Origin: an uncultured Planctomycetia bacterium
Lineage (GTDB): Bacteria > Omnitrophota > Gorgyraeia > Tantalellales > Tantalellaceae
NCBI GenBank assembly: GCA_964421015.1
Contig: CAYQUS010000005.1
Location: forward strand, 10,063-74,062
DNA: 64,000 nt
Direction of reading: 5' to 3'
Shown here: piece after piece, positions 28,001-35,978 of the stretch
How the letters are laid out: each line of letters opens with the position of its first letter
Numbering within the stretch: position 1 is the first letter of the stretch
Translations under genes and position numbers: made by a program
Notes under the pieces: model-generated
Told to the model about the DNA's origin: nothing
Seen by the model: only the letters and a program-made list of their open reading frames with translations
The model's database searches: none

Positions 28001-30441
28001 AGATAATAACCGGAGAATGGTGGCATGATATGATAAGATCCGAGCTCGATCCAAACGAATATATTGTTCTTGGGGCTAAAAATGTAGCCGAGGCCCGGGA
28101 AAGATTTGGACATATGAAAGTTGATATATGTTTTTCCGATATAATGGGGACATTCGCCGCGGAACACGCTAAAGAGCTTTATGTATTATTTCGCGGTGAG
28201 GATTATGGCATAACATTGAGTTCGATTGTGTCTATAAAACACATTCCTCGGGCGATTGGCCCTGGAATCAATATTAAAACTAGCCTTATAGACGCCGGGT
28301 TTGATCCAGAAGGCGTTCATGTAACTGTCGGTATATCTCCTGGAAGTATTAAAAACAGGGTGCTCGCCGCCCGCGAAAAACAGCTTAAGGAATATGAAGA
28401 GCTTAAGAAAAAGTGGGATGAGAAGGTCGCCCGTGAGGCTTCCGCCTCCGCCGGTAAAAGCGGAGAGGACGAGCCGCTAAAAACTGAAATATCCGAAGAA
28501 AAACTTCCGAAACTCCGCATTATTATAGGCGAAGATGATGAGGACCTCAGGTCTGAGCTGTTGGGTGTTTTGATGGTACGATTCGGGCTCTCCCGTATAG
28601 ATGATTTCCACTATGAGGGGGAGGATATCTTTGTCACAACTGTCGCGTCACAAGGGGATTTTTTAGATCGCTTGTCGTCTCAGGATGCGGATTACGCTGT
28701 TATAGACTGGGACCTTGTCGGGGGCAAAGGGCCGTTCGATATGCTTGATGCGCTTTCCGGGAAAAATATAATGGCTGTCGATCTCAGGTCAGGGCTTCCT
28801 CTTTCTTTTGACAGTAAATTTCATGATGCCAGAGAAAAATATCCGGATCTTGCTATAGAAGAATTTCCTTTTGAGCCCGAAGATATTATTACGCGTATTC
28901 GCCAGTTAAGAGAAGATCAGATAGCGGGTTATGCTGAGACTTTCGATAGCGCCGAAGAGGCGGTATCGCCGCTGACACGTCCCGAAAAACCCGAAAAGTT
29001 CAGGGTTTTGATGGTAGACGATAACGGTGGGGTTACGAGTGCCATAGAGGATATGTTTAAAAAACGTCTGTCTGAAGAGTTTGAATTTTATTCGGCATAC
29101 AGGGTTCTTTCGTCGATAGATCTACTTAAGAACATAGATTTTGATCTTGTTATATACGATATGTTGCTTCCCGGGTCGGCTGTTCCCGGAATAGACGAAG
29201 TTTTCAGGGATAAGCTGCTAAAAGTGCCGCACCTTATAGTTGAATCGGGAGGGGGCTTTCCTAAAGAGGCGGAAGGGCCGTGGGCCGAACTCTATCCCAG
29301 GGCAGAGACATTATGGAAGGGGGATATTATCGGCAAGCTTCCCGGGATCGTTATGAGTTACCGTGAAGAACAGCTCAGGCAATACGAAGAGGCCGTTAAA
29401 GAATGGGAAGTATCCAATGTAAATGTGGCTCCGCGCGCGGAAAAACCCGCCGGGGAAAAAATATTCATTGTCGATGATTTTGGTGACGACGCGGCAAACC
29501 TCGCGTCGTTCATAGCAAAAGAAAAGGAAAATTTTAAGGTTGATAGGTACAACATGATGTATACCCTGCGCCGGGCGCTTGAAAAAGGCAAAGTGCCGGA
29601 TATCCTTGTTGTGAATTCGGCCGGCGTGAAAAAAGAAGGCGAATTAGAGAAAGAGTCCATGGACGTTATAATACGCGCGGTCATGGAAAAGAACCCGTCG
29701 GTCAGGGTGATAGTTATAAGCGACGAAGCTGCTGTTTTACCGGAAGACGGCAGGGAGGACCTGAATATAGAGGCTGTTATCGAACGGCCGTTCCATTTCG
29801 CGCTTGTGGCAGATGCTATAAACGGCAGGCTTGATCAAAAGAGAAAGTTTTCCCGCGAATTATTCGGCCTGGAAGAGACTGAAAGAATTTTTGACGATAT
29901 GGAACAGGCCGAGCTTTATGGAGAGACGGCAAATATAAACGTGTGGAAAGGTTATGCCGCTCCGGCCCAGGAGAACATGCTTACGCGTATACGTAAACAC
30001 ACCGAAAAAGGGCCGTATAAAGTGAGTTTTGGTTCCGAAATAAATGACCTTGTGAAACGCGCGGCAGAGGCTTCCGGTAAAGATAATACGGTTACAATAT
30101 TGCCTTACGGAAAACTCAGCGAAGCGCAAAGAGAAGAGCTTAACTCATCAAACGCCCGAGTTATATTTATGGATATACCCGGCGACGTTACCTCCTCAGA
30201 AGATGGTTACACGAATCTTGCCGCCATCATCGGAGCGGGGGCGGCGTATTTAAACATGAATACCACTGCTTTAACAGGTTTTTATTCTATACTTACCGAA
30301 GAGACCCTCCAAACTGATATTACAGTAGAAAGCCTCATGAAAGACCCCGCTAGGTTTATTTTTAACCTCGCCCCCAGGCACAGTTACGGTGAACTCAAAC
30401 TTATCAACGAAAGAATCGAAAAGATCCTAATGATGGCGTAA
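22066..30441 (+). CDS. Giant (2791 aa) protein: N-terminal signal/anchor, PPDK_N-like ATP-binding domain, then a tandem array of about 12 degenerate CheY-like receiver (REC) modules
   Basis: The N-terminus is a hydrophobic signal or anchor sequence. YGGKGAWDIL, ARSSGITEDS and LDVEWGFLDGKLYIVQMRPI match PPDK_N motifs. Repeated module starts (KILVFDD, LRIFMVEDEE, VRVLWVDGNSDD, VKVLYVDKG, IKILFVQDS, FRVLMVDDNGG, KIFIVDDFGDD) are each followed about 50 aa later by a hydrophobic-D strand (DMVIADLQF, DLVIYDMLLPG). There is an internal duplication DYDVAFFYTHETGW / DYDIDFFYTHLTAGW. Confidence 0.6.
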   Translation: MILHKARYNVVLRGIAAVLAFAVAFPSYSADIAPGLPAASEYSSDTLGILPAPMRGIDNEARNMAYRELFEKNLAPVYGGKGAWDILLERLSSKIGFNTATSVRFSIEDVWARFIDANSALAEEGNAFIDRCIASPDGVHGVLDKYDVKKLEEMASNFVFPPELELYIKKHTKDLTGWVIARSSGITEDSYIRNLAGIFKSPKEKDERLVAHGIKTIFADAVRKIWIEQNYEDGYIKIDGIPDRLTRSDGFGVVVQPFLDFDASGTGMTDMYGCSTIQAVVGDADKAVLPVYATTCQFLFKKDAAAGSDMEFNPSFERLPYEFRLKGELYSATDPQGAEKALAGYPKIDGTFSPISEDAARELYRVMSALEEEIGCPLDVEWGFLDGKLYIVQMRPIIGDFKKPLVEPCEKLKNSEPIARTPVARGETSPEGFTSKVVLIADIVGRDDVKKFEDTLDGGYIRVQYDVATKLLPKNDNGVFEEIATKAKVLVDPYQGSPEAHNIVQQYGRIASGEFVYANGPKLRNGLNDNLTFVPHPDIRGIWVSKEDVTYFCDGLRAQFFIASEGEREDEPKLDERQKTIMDFNSRVRGMWFENLYSKFWPEDHSLFKSRILTEIVFKGATSGQKSIAQHFWYSASDDYIEKARSVILKGRASEEDLNTIGPFVELLEEILSYPLYPREWESEWMEEYQRVLKLTDMSGAVEERKAEDAVKVVPKKYRAVFADYKYPRIFLASRLEEDLPEAEILRVPTLDPGQIKYELSKVDYDVAFFYTHETGWKKGELVDIITRIKEKNPAADIFLDSVIGGPDLSALQEKYDRIYRDVTHQDKVLEKAIQEGFLKWQDAVRAEGAEDSEKQENLSPSRLNYRAFFVDEWTKSREMITDEVQDDFPDCEVIRPSGSGQTDIINALEKVDYDIDFFYTHLTAGWPRADFLEILARIRKKNPEALIFIDSTMEDFLFFEAFEAEFGKVHRAMSVSDELIKRAMVEGILKKRSGASSSNTVSEEMSETASTSASSKNFSEKLKILVFDDSRLYLLPFVEYLGRALPQDEFEIVSAMSNDEVVSLLESGGFDMVIADLQFHGAIDDGIIELLGNVPHVVAFSGDEEDEMRRVVKRDFPQELAERTIIVEKGNVKLSAEKITVLARDIREQLLRAEEEAGIDGDGTDTTGTSESKLRIFMVEDEENTAKRIEGDILDSLSKDEYEFSRVSLSELMHGKLLERGDVVILDISGISQTAGGIIRDMLDMGAAIICHTAYSDKEVEDRIGKELFSLVEYSDKVGGSSNIVPLLRSVMEEQMIQSGIEPESASKVRVLWVDGNSDDIARAQKTNNEMFHTEGDIEFVYVSSMEEALREMTSGKFDAAVFDAELEEEPAFTRDFYRQIFRIPRLCALTSGTVKEAARDLSEINQDSFERVEIFPRIYSRDDNREITAQRYVKVIADRLRPYFDMRLSELRLRKDPSWGRSEWGESLGKPNVTFDDEEPVLEKVKVLYVDKGLDEKNPGYLNLSRELDRFFSGQLDIEVFYAKDPSSADIILQKELPDVVICDMNLKDALESAEEIFYLARHYSKEKMKKVFLMGVSGLVDIDIERISDRVGAPIELLDKMRADLNKNPTRTLLDIRERNIKEFQARKKAMDDIEIKKLINDPQKIKILFVQDSKGVTDYAKDVFTKELGLVLKNERLLSGEEYIIVFSDSEWEALGFFDEGAFDLIISDWLISSDGPMDLFRTAAARGMKKIGVYSANWNFVELARTRFGDVMEVVDCCGGLSDTAVPLIRSLREEQLRRMDEEKAALKVEEPGSDEEDKTKGRPEYPRPMKALVVYEDVAREDERYYERKKTFLSEISEYFLLEEIAPGRYAGEDIEIEYFKAESYDEIWDRITEGDIDIVVNETIPELDRNKGYFNHVYASVRDANNMLPRMFDEVLSGNAEVSGFVESVVERRDKELSLYRQDLARWESAHLLREPERPEKLTVLCLQDEPEIITGEWWHDMIRSELDPNEYIVLGAKNVAEARERFGHMKVDICFSDIMGTFAAEHAKELYVLFRGEDYGITLSSIVSIKHIPRAIGPGINIKTSLIDAGFDPEGVHVTVGISPGSIKNRVLAAREKQLKEYEELKKKWDEKVAREASASAGKSGEDEPLKTEISEEKLPKLRIIIGEDDEDLRSELLGVLMVRFGLSRIDDFHYEGEDIFVTTVASQGDFLDRLSSQDADYAVIDWDLVGGKGPFDMLDALSGKNIMAVDLRSGLPLSFDSKFHDAREKYPDLAIEEFPFEPEDIITRIRQLREDQIAGYAETFDSAEEAVSPLTRPEKPEKFRVLMVDDNGGVTSAIEDMFKKRLSEEFEFYSAYRVLSSIDLLKNIDFDLVIYDMLLPGSAVPGIDEVFRDKLLKVPHLIVESGGGFPKEAEGPWAELYPRAETLWKGDIIGKLPGIVMSYREEQLRQYEEAVKEWEVSNVNVAPRAEKPAGEKIFIVDDFGDDAANLASFIAKEKENFKVDRYNMMYTLRRALEKGKVPDILVVNSAGVKKEGELEKESMDVIIRAVMEKNPSVRVIVISDEAAVLPEDGREDLNIEAVIERPFHFALVADAINGRLDQKRKFSRELFGLEETERIFDDMEQAELYGETANINVWKGYAAPAQENMLTRIRKHTEKGPYKVSFGSEINDLVKRAAEASGKDNTVTILPYGKLSEAQREELNSSNARVIFMDIPGDVTSSEDGYTNLAAIIGAGAAYLNMNTTALTGFYSILTEETLQTDITVESLMKDPARFIFNLAPRHSYGELKLINERIEKILMMA

Positions 30442-30590
30442 CATTGAAATAGGGTTTCTGTGATCCTACCAGGGCCCCTCCGCCCGGTGTAGATCCTCCC
30501 TGTACGGATCACAGAAAACACCTTCTATCTTTGTGCCGGGAACAAAGTCCGCTATCAAAGTGTCCCCAAAACGCTTCGTCATTCAGTCGA

Positions 30591-30703
30591 GTTGGTGACA
30601 GGCACCAGCGCCTTTAACAGGCGAATTATGAAGCGCGCAGAATACCACTTCCCAGCGGGTAACGGCTATTATAGATTCTTCGCTTCGCTCAGAATGACAA
30701 TGT
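30591..30703. repeat. Fragments of both dispersed repeat families
   Basis: TTGGTGACAGGCACC (30591-30612) is a palindrome-family half. GATTCTTCGCTTCGCTCAGAATGACAATG (30675-30703) is the MITE core in reverse orientation. Confidence 0.6.
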
Positions 30704-30880
30704 TCCTACTTCCTACTTCCTGCCTTTGCTATGTCTCTCGACTGTTGCCTCCGGCCCCGCCCATGCACAAACATTTGCCCGATTTGGCCTTTATGTTATA
30801 ATATCCCAACGGGGTAGATAATACACTCCGCGGTGATCAACGTTAAAAATGCCCCTCTGGGCAATGGAAGGCCGGTCGAT

Positions 30881-32071
30881 ATGGTGGAAAAACATATATA
30901 CATGGATAATAACGCGACAACCCCTCTTCACCCCGAGGTGCGAAAGGCCATGGCGGATGCCATGGATGTTTACGGCAACCCTTCAAGCCTTCACTGGTTC
31001 GGCAGAAAAGCCAAGGGTATGATAGAGACGGCCCGAAGGAAGGTAGCCGGTCTTATAGGGGCTTCCCCCGAGGAGATAATATTCGTAGGCAGCGGGTCAG
31101 AGGCCAACAACACAGTTCTTTCTATTTTTTCCTGCCATCCGAGGTCCTGTGACGGATGCCGGCAGGGAAGAGATGAGATAATAACGACCTCTATCGAGCA
31201 CCCGTGCATTATTGAGACCTCAAAATGCCTTGAGATGAAGGGTACTTCCGTGAAATACCTCATGGTAGACCGTTACGGAAAAGTGGATACGACGGACCTT
31301 AAGGCGTCCCTTGGCAAAAAAACCGGTCTTGTGTCTGTTATGATGGCCAATAACGAGATAGGCACCCTGCAGGACATAAAGCTTTTGGCCGCCATGGCCC
31401 ATGACGCCGGAGTGCTTTTTCACACTGACGCTGTGCAGGCCGTGGGCAAAGTGCCGGTAGACGTGAAGGACCTTGATGTGGATTTTCTCACTATATCCGG
31501 GCATAAGATATACGGACCCAAAGGAATAGGAGCGCTTTACATAAAAAAAGGAGTGCCGTTCTGTCCCATGATAAGAGGCGGGCACCAGGAGATGGGCAGA
31601 AGAGCCGGTACCGAGAACACTATCGGTATAGTGGGGCTGGGAAAGGCTGCCGAGATGCGCGTGAAGGAAATGGCGGAAGAGGAAAAAAGGCTGCTCGAAA
31701 TGAAGACTAGAATAAAAAAAGGGCTTATCGAGAATATCCCGGATATTGTTTTCAACGGGCATCCTGTTGATTGCCTGCCGGGAACATTGAACGTTTCGTT
31801 CGAGGGGGCCGAGGGAGAATCGGTTCTTCTCGGGCTTGATCTTGAGGGGATAGCGGTTTCGACAGGATCCGCCTGCGCCTCGGGAGCCCTGGATCCTTCG
31901 CATGTTCTGCTCGCTACCGGGCTTGATGTTGCCCTGGCGCACGATTCCATAAGGATAAGCCTGGGACGGGAAAACACTGCAGGTGAGGCGGACAGGCTTG
32001 TAGAGGCGATGGCGGGCGTTGTATCAAGGATACGGAGCATATCTACCGCCTATGGGAACAGAAAAGGATAG
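30881..32071 (+). CDS. nifS: Cysteine desulfurase (NifS/IscS type)
   Basis: Class V aminotransferase motifs, PLP-Lys region SGHKIYGPKGIGALY and active-site Cys loop STGSACAS. The track ORF starts at 30833; the Met at 30881 (MVEKHIYMDNNATT) or 30902 is more likely. Confidence 0.85.
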   Translation: MVEKHIYMDNNATTPLHPEVRKAMADAMDVYGNPSSLHWFGRKAKGMIETARRKVAGLIGASPEEIIFVGSGSEANNTVLSIFSCHPRSCDGCRQGRDEIITTSIEHPCIIETSKCLEMKGTSVKYLMVDRYGKVDTTDLKASLGKKTGLVSVMMANNEIGTLQDIKLLAAMAHDAGVLFHTDAVQAVGKVPVDVKDLDVDFLTISGHKIYGPKGIGALYIKKGVPFCPMIRGGHQEMGRRAGTENTIGIVGLGKAAEMRVKEMAEEEKRLLEMKTRIKKGLIENIPDIVFNGHPVDCLPGTLNVSFEGAEGESVLLGLDLEGIAVSTGSACASGALDPSHVLLATGLDVALAHDSIRISLGRENTAGEADRLVEAMAGVVSRIRSISTAYGNRKG

Positions 32072-32104
32072 ACGGCGGCATACAAATATGAAAAGGCGGA
32101 CTGT

Positions 32105-32707
32105 ATGGATTGGGCCTACACAGACAAAGTAAAAGACCATTTTGTAAACCCCAGGAACATACTTAAGGATGAGGAAGAGTATAAGTATGACGGCAGGGGC
32201 ATGGTTGGGAACATAAAGTGCGGAGATCAGATGCTTATGCTGATCAAGGTGGATCCTGACAAGGGAACCATAAAAGACTGCAAATGGAAAACTTACGGCT
32301 GCGCCAGCGCCATAGCCTCGACCTCGGTCCTGTCGGAAATGGTAATAGGCATGAAACTGGATGACGCGTACAGGATATCCCCGAAGGAGATAATGGAAAA
32401 ACTCGGGGAGCTTCCCGAACACAAGATACATTGTTCCGTTCTCGGGGACAAAGCTTTAAGGGAGGCCATAAACGACTACTATCGGAGGTCCGGGAAAGAA
32501 AATCTTATTGAAAAAGAAGAGGTAAGGATAGTCTGCCAGTGCATGAATGTAACCGACAGAGAAATAGAGGACGCCGTTCTTGAAGGCGTGAAAACATATC
32601 TGGAGCTGCAGGAGCGAACTAAGTTAGGCACGGTGTGCGGACAGTGTAAGGAAGAAGCCACAAGGCTTCTCGCCGAGTACAGGGAAAAACACTTTACAGC
32701 CGGTTGA
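32105..32707 (+). CDS. nifU: NifU-like Fe-S scaffold (IscU domain plus BFD-like [2Fe-2S] domain)
   Basis: IscU-type Cys residues (CGD...C...HCS) and a C-terminal CQC...C...CGQC BFD-like domain. Confidence 0.8.
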   Translation: MDWAYTDKVKDHFVNPRNILKDEEEYKYDGRGMVGNIKCGDQMLMLIKVDPDKGTIKDCKWKTYGCASAIASTSVLSEMVIGMKLDDAYRISPKEIMEKLGELPEHKIHCSVLGDKALREAINDYYRRSGKENLIEKEEVRIVCQCMNVTDREIEDAVLEGVKTYLELQERTKLGTVCGQCKEEATRLLAEYREKHFTAG

Positions 32708-32764
32708 TGCCGGAAAGATCTCTTACAAAGACGATAACCGCGTTATCCTTTTTTCAGATAAAGC

Positions 32765-32793
32765 TTGACAAATGAGATAAAAATGGTATCATT
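32765..32793 (+). promoter_or_regulatory. Promoter with an operator-like palindrome upstream of the rubredoxin operon
   Basis: TTGACA (32765-32770), a 17-nt spacer, then ATCATT. AATGAGAT...GGTATCATT closely matches the Rrf2-gene promoter at 43195. Confidence 0.5.
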
Positions 32794-33027
32794 ATGTCAT
32801 CTGTCGAAAAGTTCTAAAAGAAAAACCACAAAGGAGGCGGCATGAAAGTCACTGTAAGATACATGCTTCGTCCAGTGGCCCATTGTAAAGAGGGCTGCTG
32901 TACAAGGTCCCGGGTAAGACGGTAAACTGCCTCTGGTGTCCGCCAGGGCCGGTGTAGAAATAACGGCGCCGGTCCCGGCGGCATCAAGAAAAATAAAATT
33001 TTTAAAAAACAGCTCAGGAGGGGAATA

Positions 33028-33165
33028 ATGGATAAATATGTATGTCTGGTTTGCGGTTATGTTTACGATCCGGCGGAAAATGATGGGGTGTCCTTTCAGG
33101 ACCTGCCCGAAGATTGGGTATGCCCGGAATGCGGAGTGGGAAAAGACCAGTTCGAGAAGGCGTGA
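33028..33165 (+). CDS. rub: Rubredoxin (45 aa; not in the ORF track)
   Basis: Translation [45 protein letters not shown] has the CxxCG...CPxCG rubredoxin knuckles. A GGAGGGG RBS lies upstream. Confidence 0.85.
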   Translation: MDKYVCLVCGYVYDPAENDGVSFQDLPEDWVCPECGVGKDQFEKA

Positions 33166-33237
33166 GAAGAGATAGAAAATAGAAGGTAGAAAGGAGAAAG
33201 GTTTAGGTTGAGGTTAAGGTTGAGGGGGAGGTAAAGT

Positions 33238-33744
33238 ATGATAAGCGACAAGATGGTAAAGGGGATTACAAGGCAAATAAACCGCGAAATATATTCCGGT
33301 TATTTTTATCTGGCCATGGCGTCTTTTGCCCAGGACGCGGGGCTTTCGGGCGTGGCTAACTGGTTCAACGTACAGCTTCAGGAAGAGATGAGCCACGCTA
33401 AAAAGTTTTACGACTATCTCCAGCAGCGGAATGTCAGGGTAAAACTTGATGCTATAGAGGCTCCGCCGCAGGAATTTTCTTCGGTGACGGATCTTTTTAA
33501 GCAGACTTTGGAACATGAGAAAAAAGTAACGGCCATGATAACGGATCTTGTGAATATGGCCATAGAGGAGAAGGACAGGGCCACGGAAATAATGCTTCAG
33601 TGGTTCGTTACCGAGCAGGTAGAGGAAGAAGCTAACGCTTCGGATATACTGCAGAAGCTGAAGGTCTTCGGGGAAAAAGGTGACGCCCTTCTTATGATAG
33701 ACAGGGACCTGTCGCAGAGGGTATTCACCCCTCCCGCGGCGTGA
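33238..33744 (+). CDS. ftn: Bacterial non-heme ferritin
   Basis: Ferroxidase-centre residues (E...EExH...) in a ferritin-like four-helix pattern. 168 aa. Confidence 0.8.
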   Translation: MISDKMVKGITRQINREIYSGYFYLAMASFAQDAGLSGVANWFNVQLQEEMSHAKKFYDYLQQRNVRVKLDAIEAPPQEFSSVTDLFKQTLEHEKKVTAMITDLVNMAIEEKDRATEIMLQWFVTEQVEEEANASDILQKLKVFGEKGDALLMIDRDLSQRVFTPPAA

Positions 33745-33762
33745 GATACGGAGAATAAAAAC

Positions 33763-34929
33763 ATGAAACCCGTAAGGATAAAAGAAGACATATACTGGGT
33801 GGGTGGCATAGACTGGGACCTCAGGAACTTTCACGGGTATTCCACTGGAAGAGGGTCGACTTACAATTCATACCTTATTCTCGACGAGAAGAAGGTACTG
33901 GTCGATACCGTAAAAGTGCATCTTTTCCCGGAGATGGTAGAGAGGGTCTCGGGGGTAGCGGATATATCGGGACTGGACTATATCGTTTCGAGCCATACCG
34001 AGATGGACCATTCTGGAAGTCTTCCTGAGCTCATGAAAATGTGCCCTGACGCCGTAATAATAACGTCTCCCAACGGGGAAAAGGCGCTTAGGAAACATTA
34101 TACGCACAACTGGAAAACAAAAGTTGTTAACACTGGTGACGAGCTGAAAATAGGCAGAAGAACGTTAAAATTCGTTCTTATGCCCATGGTACACTGGCCG
34201 GATTCCATGGCTACCTATGTGCCGGAAGAGAAACTTCTTCTTCCCAACGACGCTTTCGGGCAGCATATAGCTTCGGTTGAAAGGTTCGATTCGGAAGTGG
34301 GGCTTGATATCCTTACTGGGGAGGCCGCTAAATATTACGCTAATATTGTTCTCCCGTACGGGGCGCAGGTAACGAAGGTCCTGGAGACTGTCTCAAAGCT
34401 GGATGTGGACATGATAGCTCCGAGTCACGGAATAATTTGGGAGAAACACATATCCCGCATAAAAGAACTTTACGCTGCCTGGGCCTCCAATATTACAAAG
34501 GAAAAGGCGGTAGTGGTGTATGACACGATGTGGCATTCCACCGAGGCAATGGCGAAGGCGATATCCGAAGGGTTCGCTCGTGAGGCGATAAAGGCCGTTC
34601 CCATGAACCTGGAAACGAACCATATTTCCGACATCATGACCGAAATATTGGACTCGAAATACATCTGCGCGGGTTCTCCGACACTGAATAACGGTCTCTT
34701 GCCTTCGGCGGCGGCTTTTCTTACGTACATGAAGGGCCTCGCTCCTAAAGGAAGAAAGGCGCTAGCGTTCGGGTCTTACGGATGGGGAGGCCAGAGCGTA
34801 GATCAGATAGATGAGATATTTAAAAACTGCGGGTTCGAGACTTTCGATAAAATAAGGACGCAATGGGTACCCTCTAAAAGCGAGCTTGAAGATATAACTT
34901 CCCGGGTAGCCGGCTGGGTACGCAAGTAA
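33763..34929 (+). CDS. fprA: Flavodiiron protein (rubredoxin:oxygen/NO oxidoreductase, FprA/ROO)
   Basis: N-terminal metallo-beta-lactamase-like diiron domain (HTEMDHSGS) followed by a C-terminal flavodoxin domain. Confidence 0.85.
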   Translation: MKPVRIKEDIYWVGGIDWDLRNFHGYSTGRGSTYNSYLILDEKKVLVDTVKVHLFPEMVERVSGVADISGLDYIVSSHTEMDHSGSLPELMKMCPDAVIITSPNGEKALRKHYTHNWKTKVVNTGDELKIGRRTLKFVLMPMVHWPDSMATYVPEEKLLLPNDAFGQHIASVERFDSEVGLDILTGEAAKYYANIVLPYGAQVTKVLETVSKLDVDMIAPSHGIIWEKHISRIKELYAAWASNITKEKAVVVYDTMWHSTEAMAKAISEGFAREAIKAVPMNLETNHISDIMTEILDSKYICAGSPTLNNGLLPSAAAFLTYMKGLAPKGRKALAFGSYGWGGQSVDQIDEIFKNCGFETFDKIRTQWVPSKSELEDITSRVAGWVRK

Positions 34930-34941
34930 AGGAGGAAGGAA

Positions 34942-35319
34942 ATGACAAGATTAAGACAGATCTACAGATGTAACGTATGCGGCAACGTGGTGGAAATTTT
35001 GCATGAGGGCGCTCCCGATCTTCATTGCTGCGGCGAGGCGATGTCCAGGCTCGATGAAAAATCTCAGGATACCGGGCTGGAGAAACATGTGCCTGTTGTG
35101 GAGGAAAATACCGCGGGTGTTCTTGTGAAGGTGGGAAGCGTCGAGCATCCGATGGAGGAAAAGCACTATATCAAATTCATCGAGGTGCTTACCGCTGACA
35201 AAGTGCTTCGAGCGGAACTGAAACCCGGGATGAAACCACAGGCTGTATTTCCCGTAAAAAAGAGCGAAATTGTCCTTGTAAGGGAGTTTTGCAACATACA
35301 CATGCTTTGGAAGGCCTGA
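34942..35319 (+). CDS. dfx: Desulfoferrodoxin (superoxide reductase, 2Fe-SOR)
   Basis: CNVCGN...CCG desulforedoxin domain plus KHVPV...EEKHYI...C..H SOR centre. Near-collinear with Desulfovibrio Dfx. Confidence 0.9.
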   Translation: MTRLRQIYRCNVCGNVVEILHEGAPDLHCCGEAMSRLDEKSQDTGLEKHVPVVEENTAGVLVKVGSVEHPMEEKHYIKFIEVLTADKVLRAELKPGMKPQAVFPVKKSEIVLVREFCNIHMLWKA

Positions 35320-35360
35320 GACAGGATATTTTAATTAAAAACCGACGAAAGGAGAAAGAG

Positions 35361-35936
35361 ATGGCTAGCGTAAAAGGTACAAAAACCGAAAAGAACCTTC
35401 TGGCGGCTTTTGCCGGAGAGTCGCAGGCGCGCAACAGGTATACCTATTTCGCGGGTGTGGCTAAAAAAGCCGGGTACGAACAAATAGCGGCTGTTTTTCT
35501 TGAGACCGCGGACAATGAAAAGGAACATGCCAAGATGTTCTTCAAGCACCTGGAAGGAGGAGAGGTCGAGATAACCGCTAGCTATCCTGCCGGGAAGATA
35601 GGCGATACCGCGGCGAATCTGGAGGCTGCGGCTGACGGAGAGAAGATGGAGTGGACGTCGTTGTACAAGGATTTCGAGACTACCGCCAGAGCCGAGGGTT
35701 TTGACAATATAGCCGAAACTTTCAAAGAAATAGCCGAGGTGGAGGAAGAGCACGAGAAACGGTACAGGGCTCTTTTAAAAAACGTAAAAACCGGCAAGGT
35801 ATTTTCCAGGGAATCCGCCGTTAAATGGCACTGCCGTAACTGCGGGTATGTGCACGAGGGCAAAGAAGCTCCCAAAGTTTGTCCGGCGTGCAAGCATCCC
35901 CAGGCCCATTACGAGATCCTGGCGGAAAATTATTAA
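35361..35936 (+). CDS. rbr: Rubrerythrin
   Basis: Diiron ExxH motifs and a C-terminal rubredoxin-like CRNCG...CPACK domain. Starts at ATG 35361 after a GGAGAAAGAG RBS; the track ORF begins further upstream at 35289. Confidence 0.9.
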   Translation: MASVKGTKTEKNLLAAFAGESQARNRYTYFAGVAKKAGYEQIAAVFLETADNEKEHAKMFFKHLEGGEVEITASYPAGKIGDTAANLEAAADGEKMEWTSLYKDFETTARAEGFDNIAETFKEIAEVEEEHEKRYRALLKNVKTGKVFSRESAVKWHCRNCGYVHEGKEAPKVCPACKHPQAHYEILAENY

Positions 35937-35978
35937 TCTCAGCTGCCTGAGGCGCTTTCCAGGAGAAAGGCGGGAAAT

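Noticed and set aside
32842-32925. Short ORF MKVTVRYMLRPVAHCKEGCCTRSRVRR in the rubredoxin leader
   Set aside because: No RBS-quality context or recognisable family. The GC-rich hairpins there are more simply read as leader-RNA structure.
35289-35360. N-terminal 24-codon extension of the rubrerythrin ORF
   Set aside because: The extension overlaps the dfx 3' end and has no RBS. ATG 35361 has a GGAGAAAGAG RBS and begins the conserved Rbr N-terminus.
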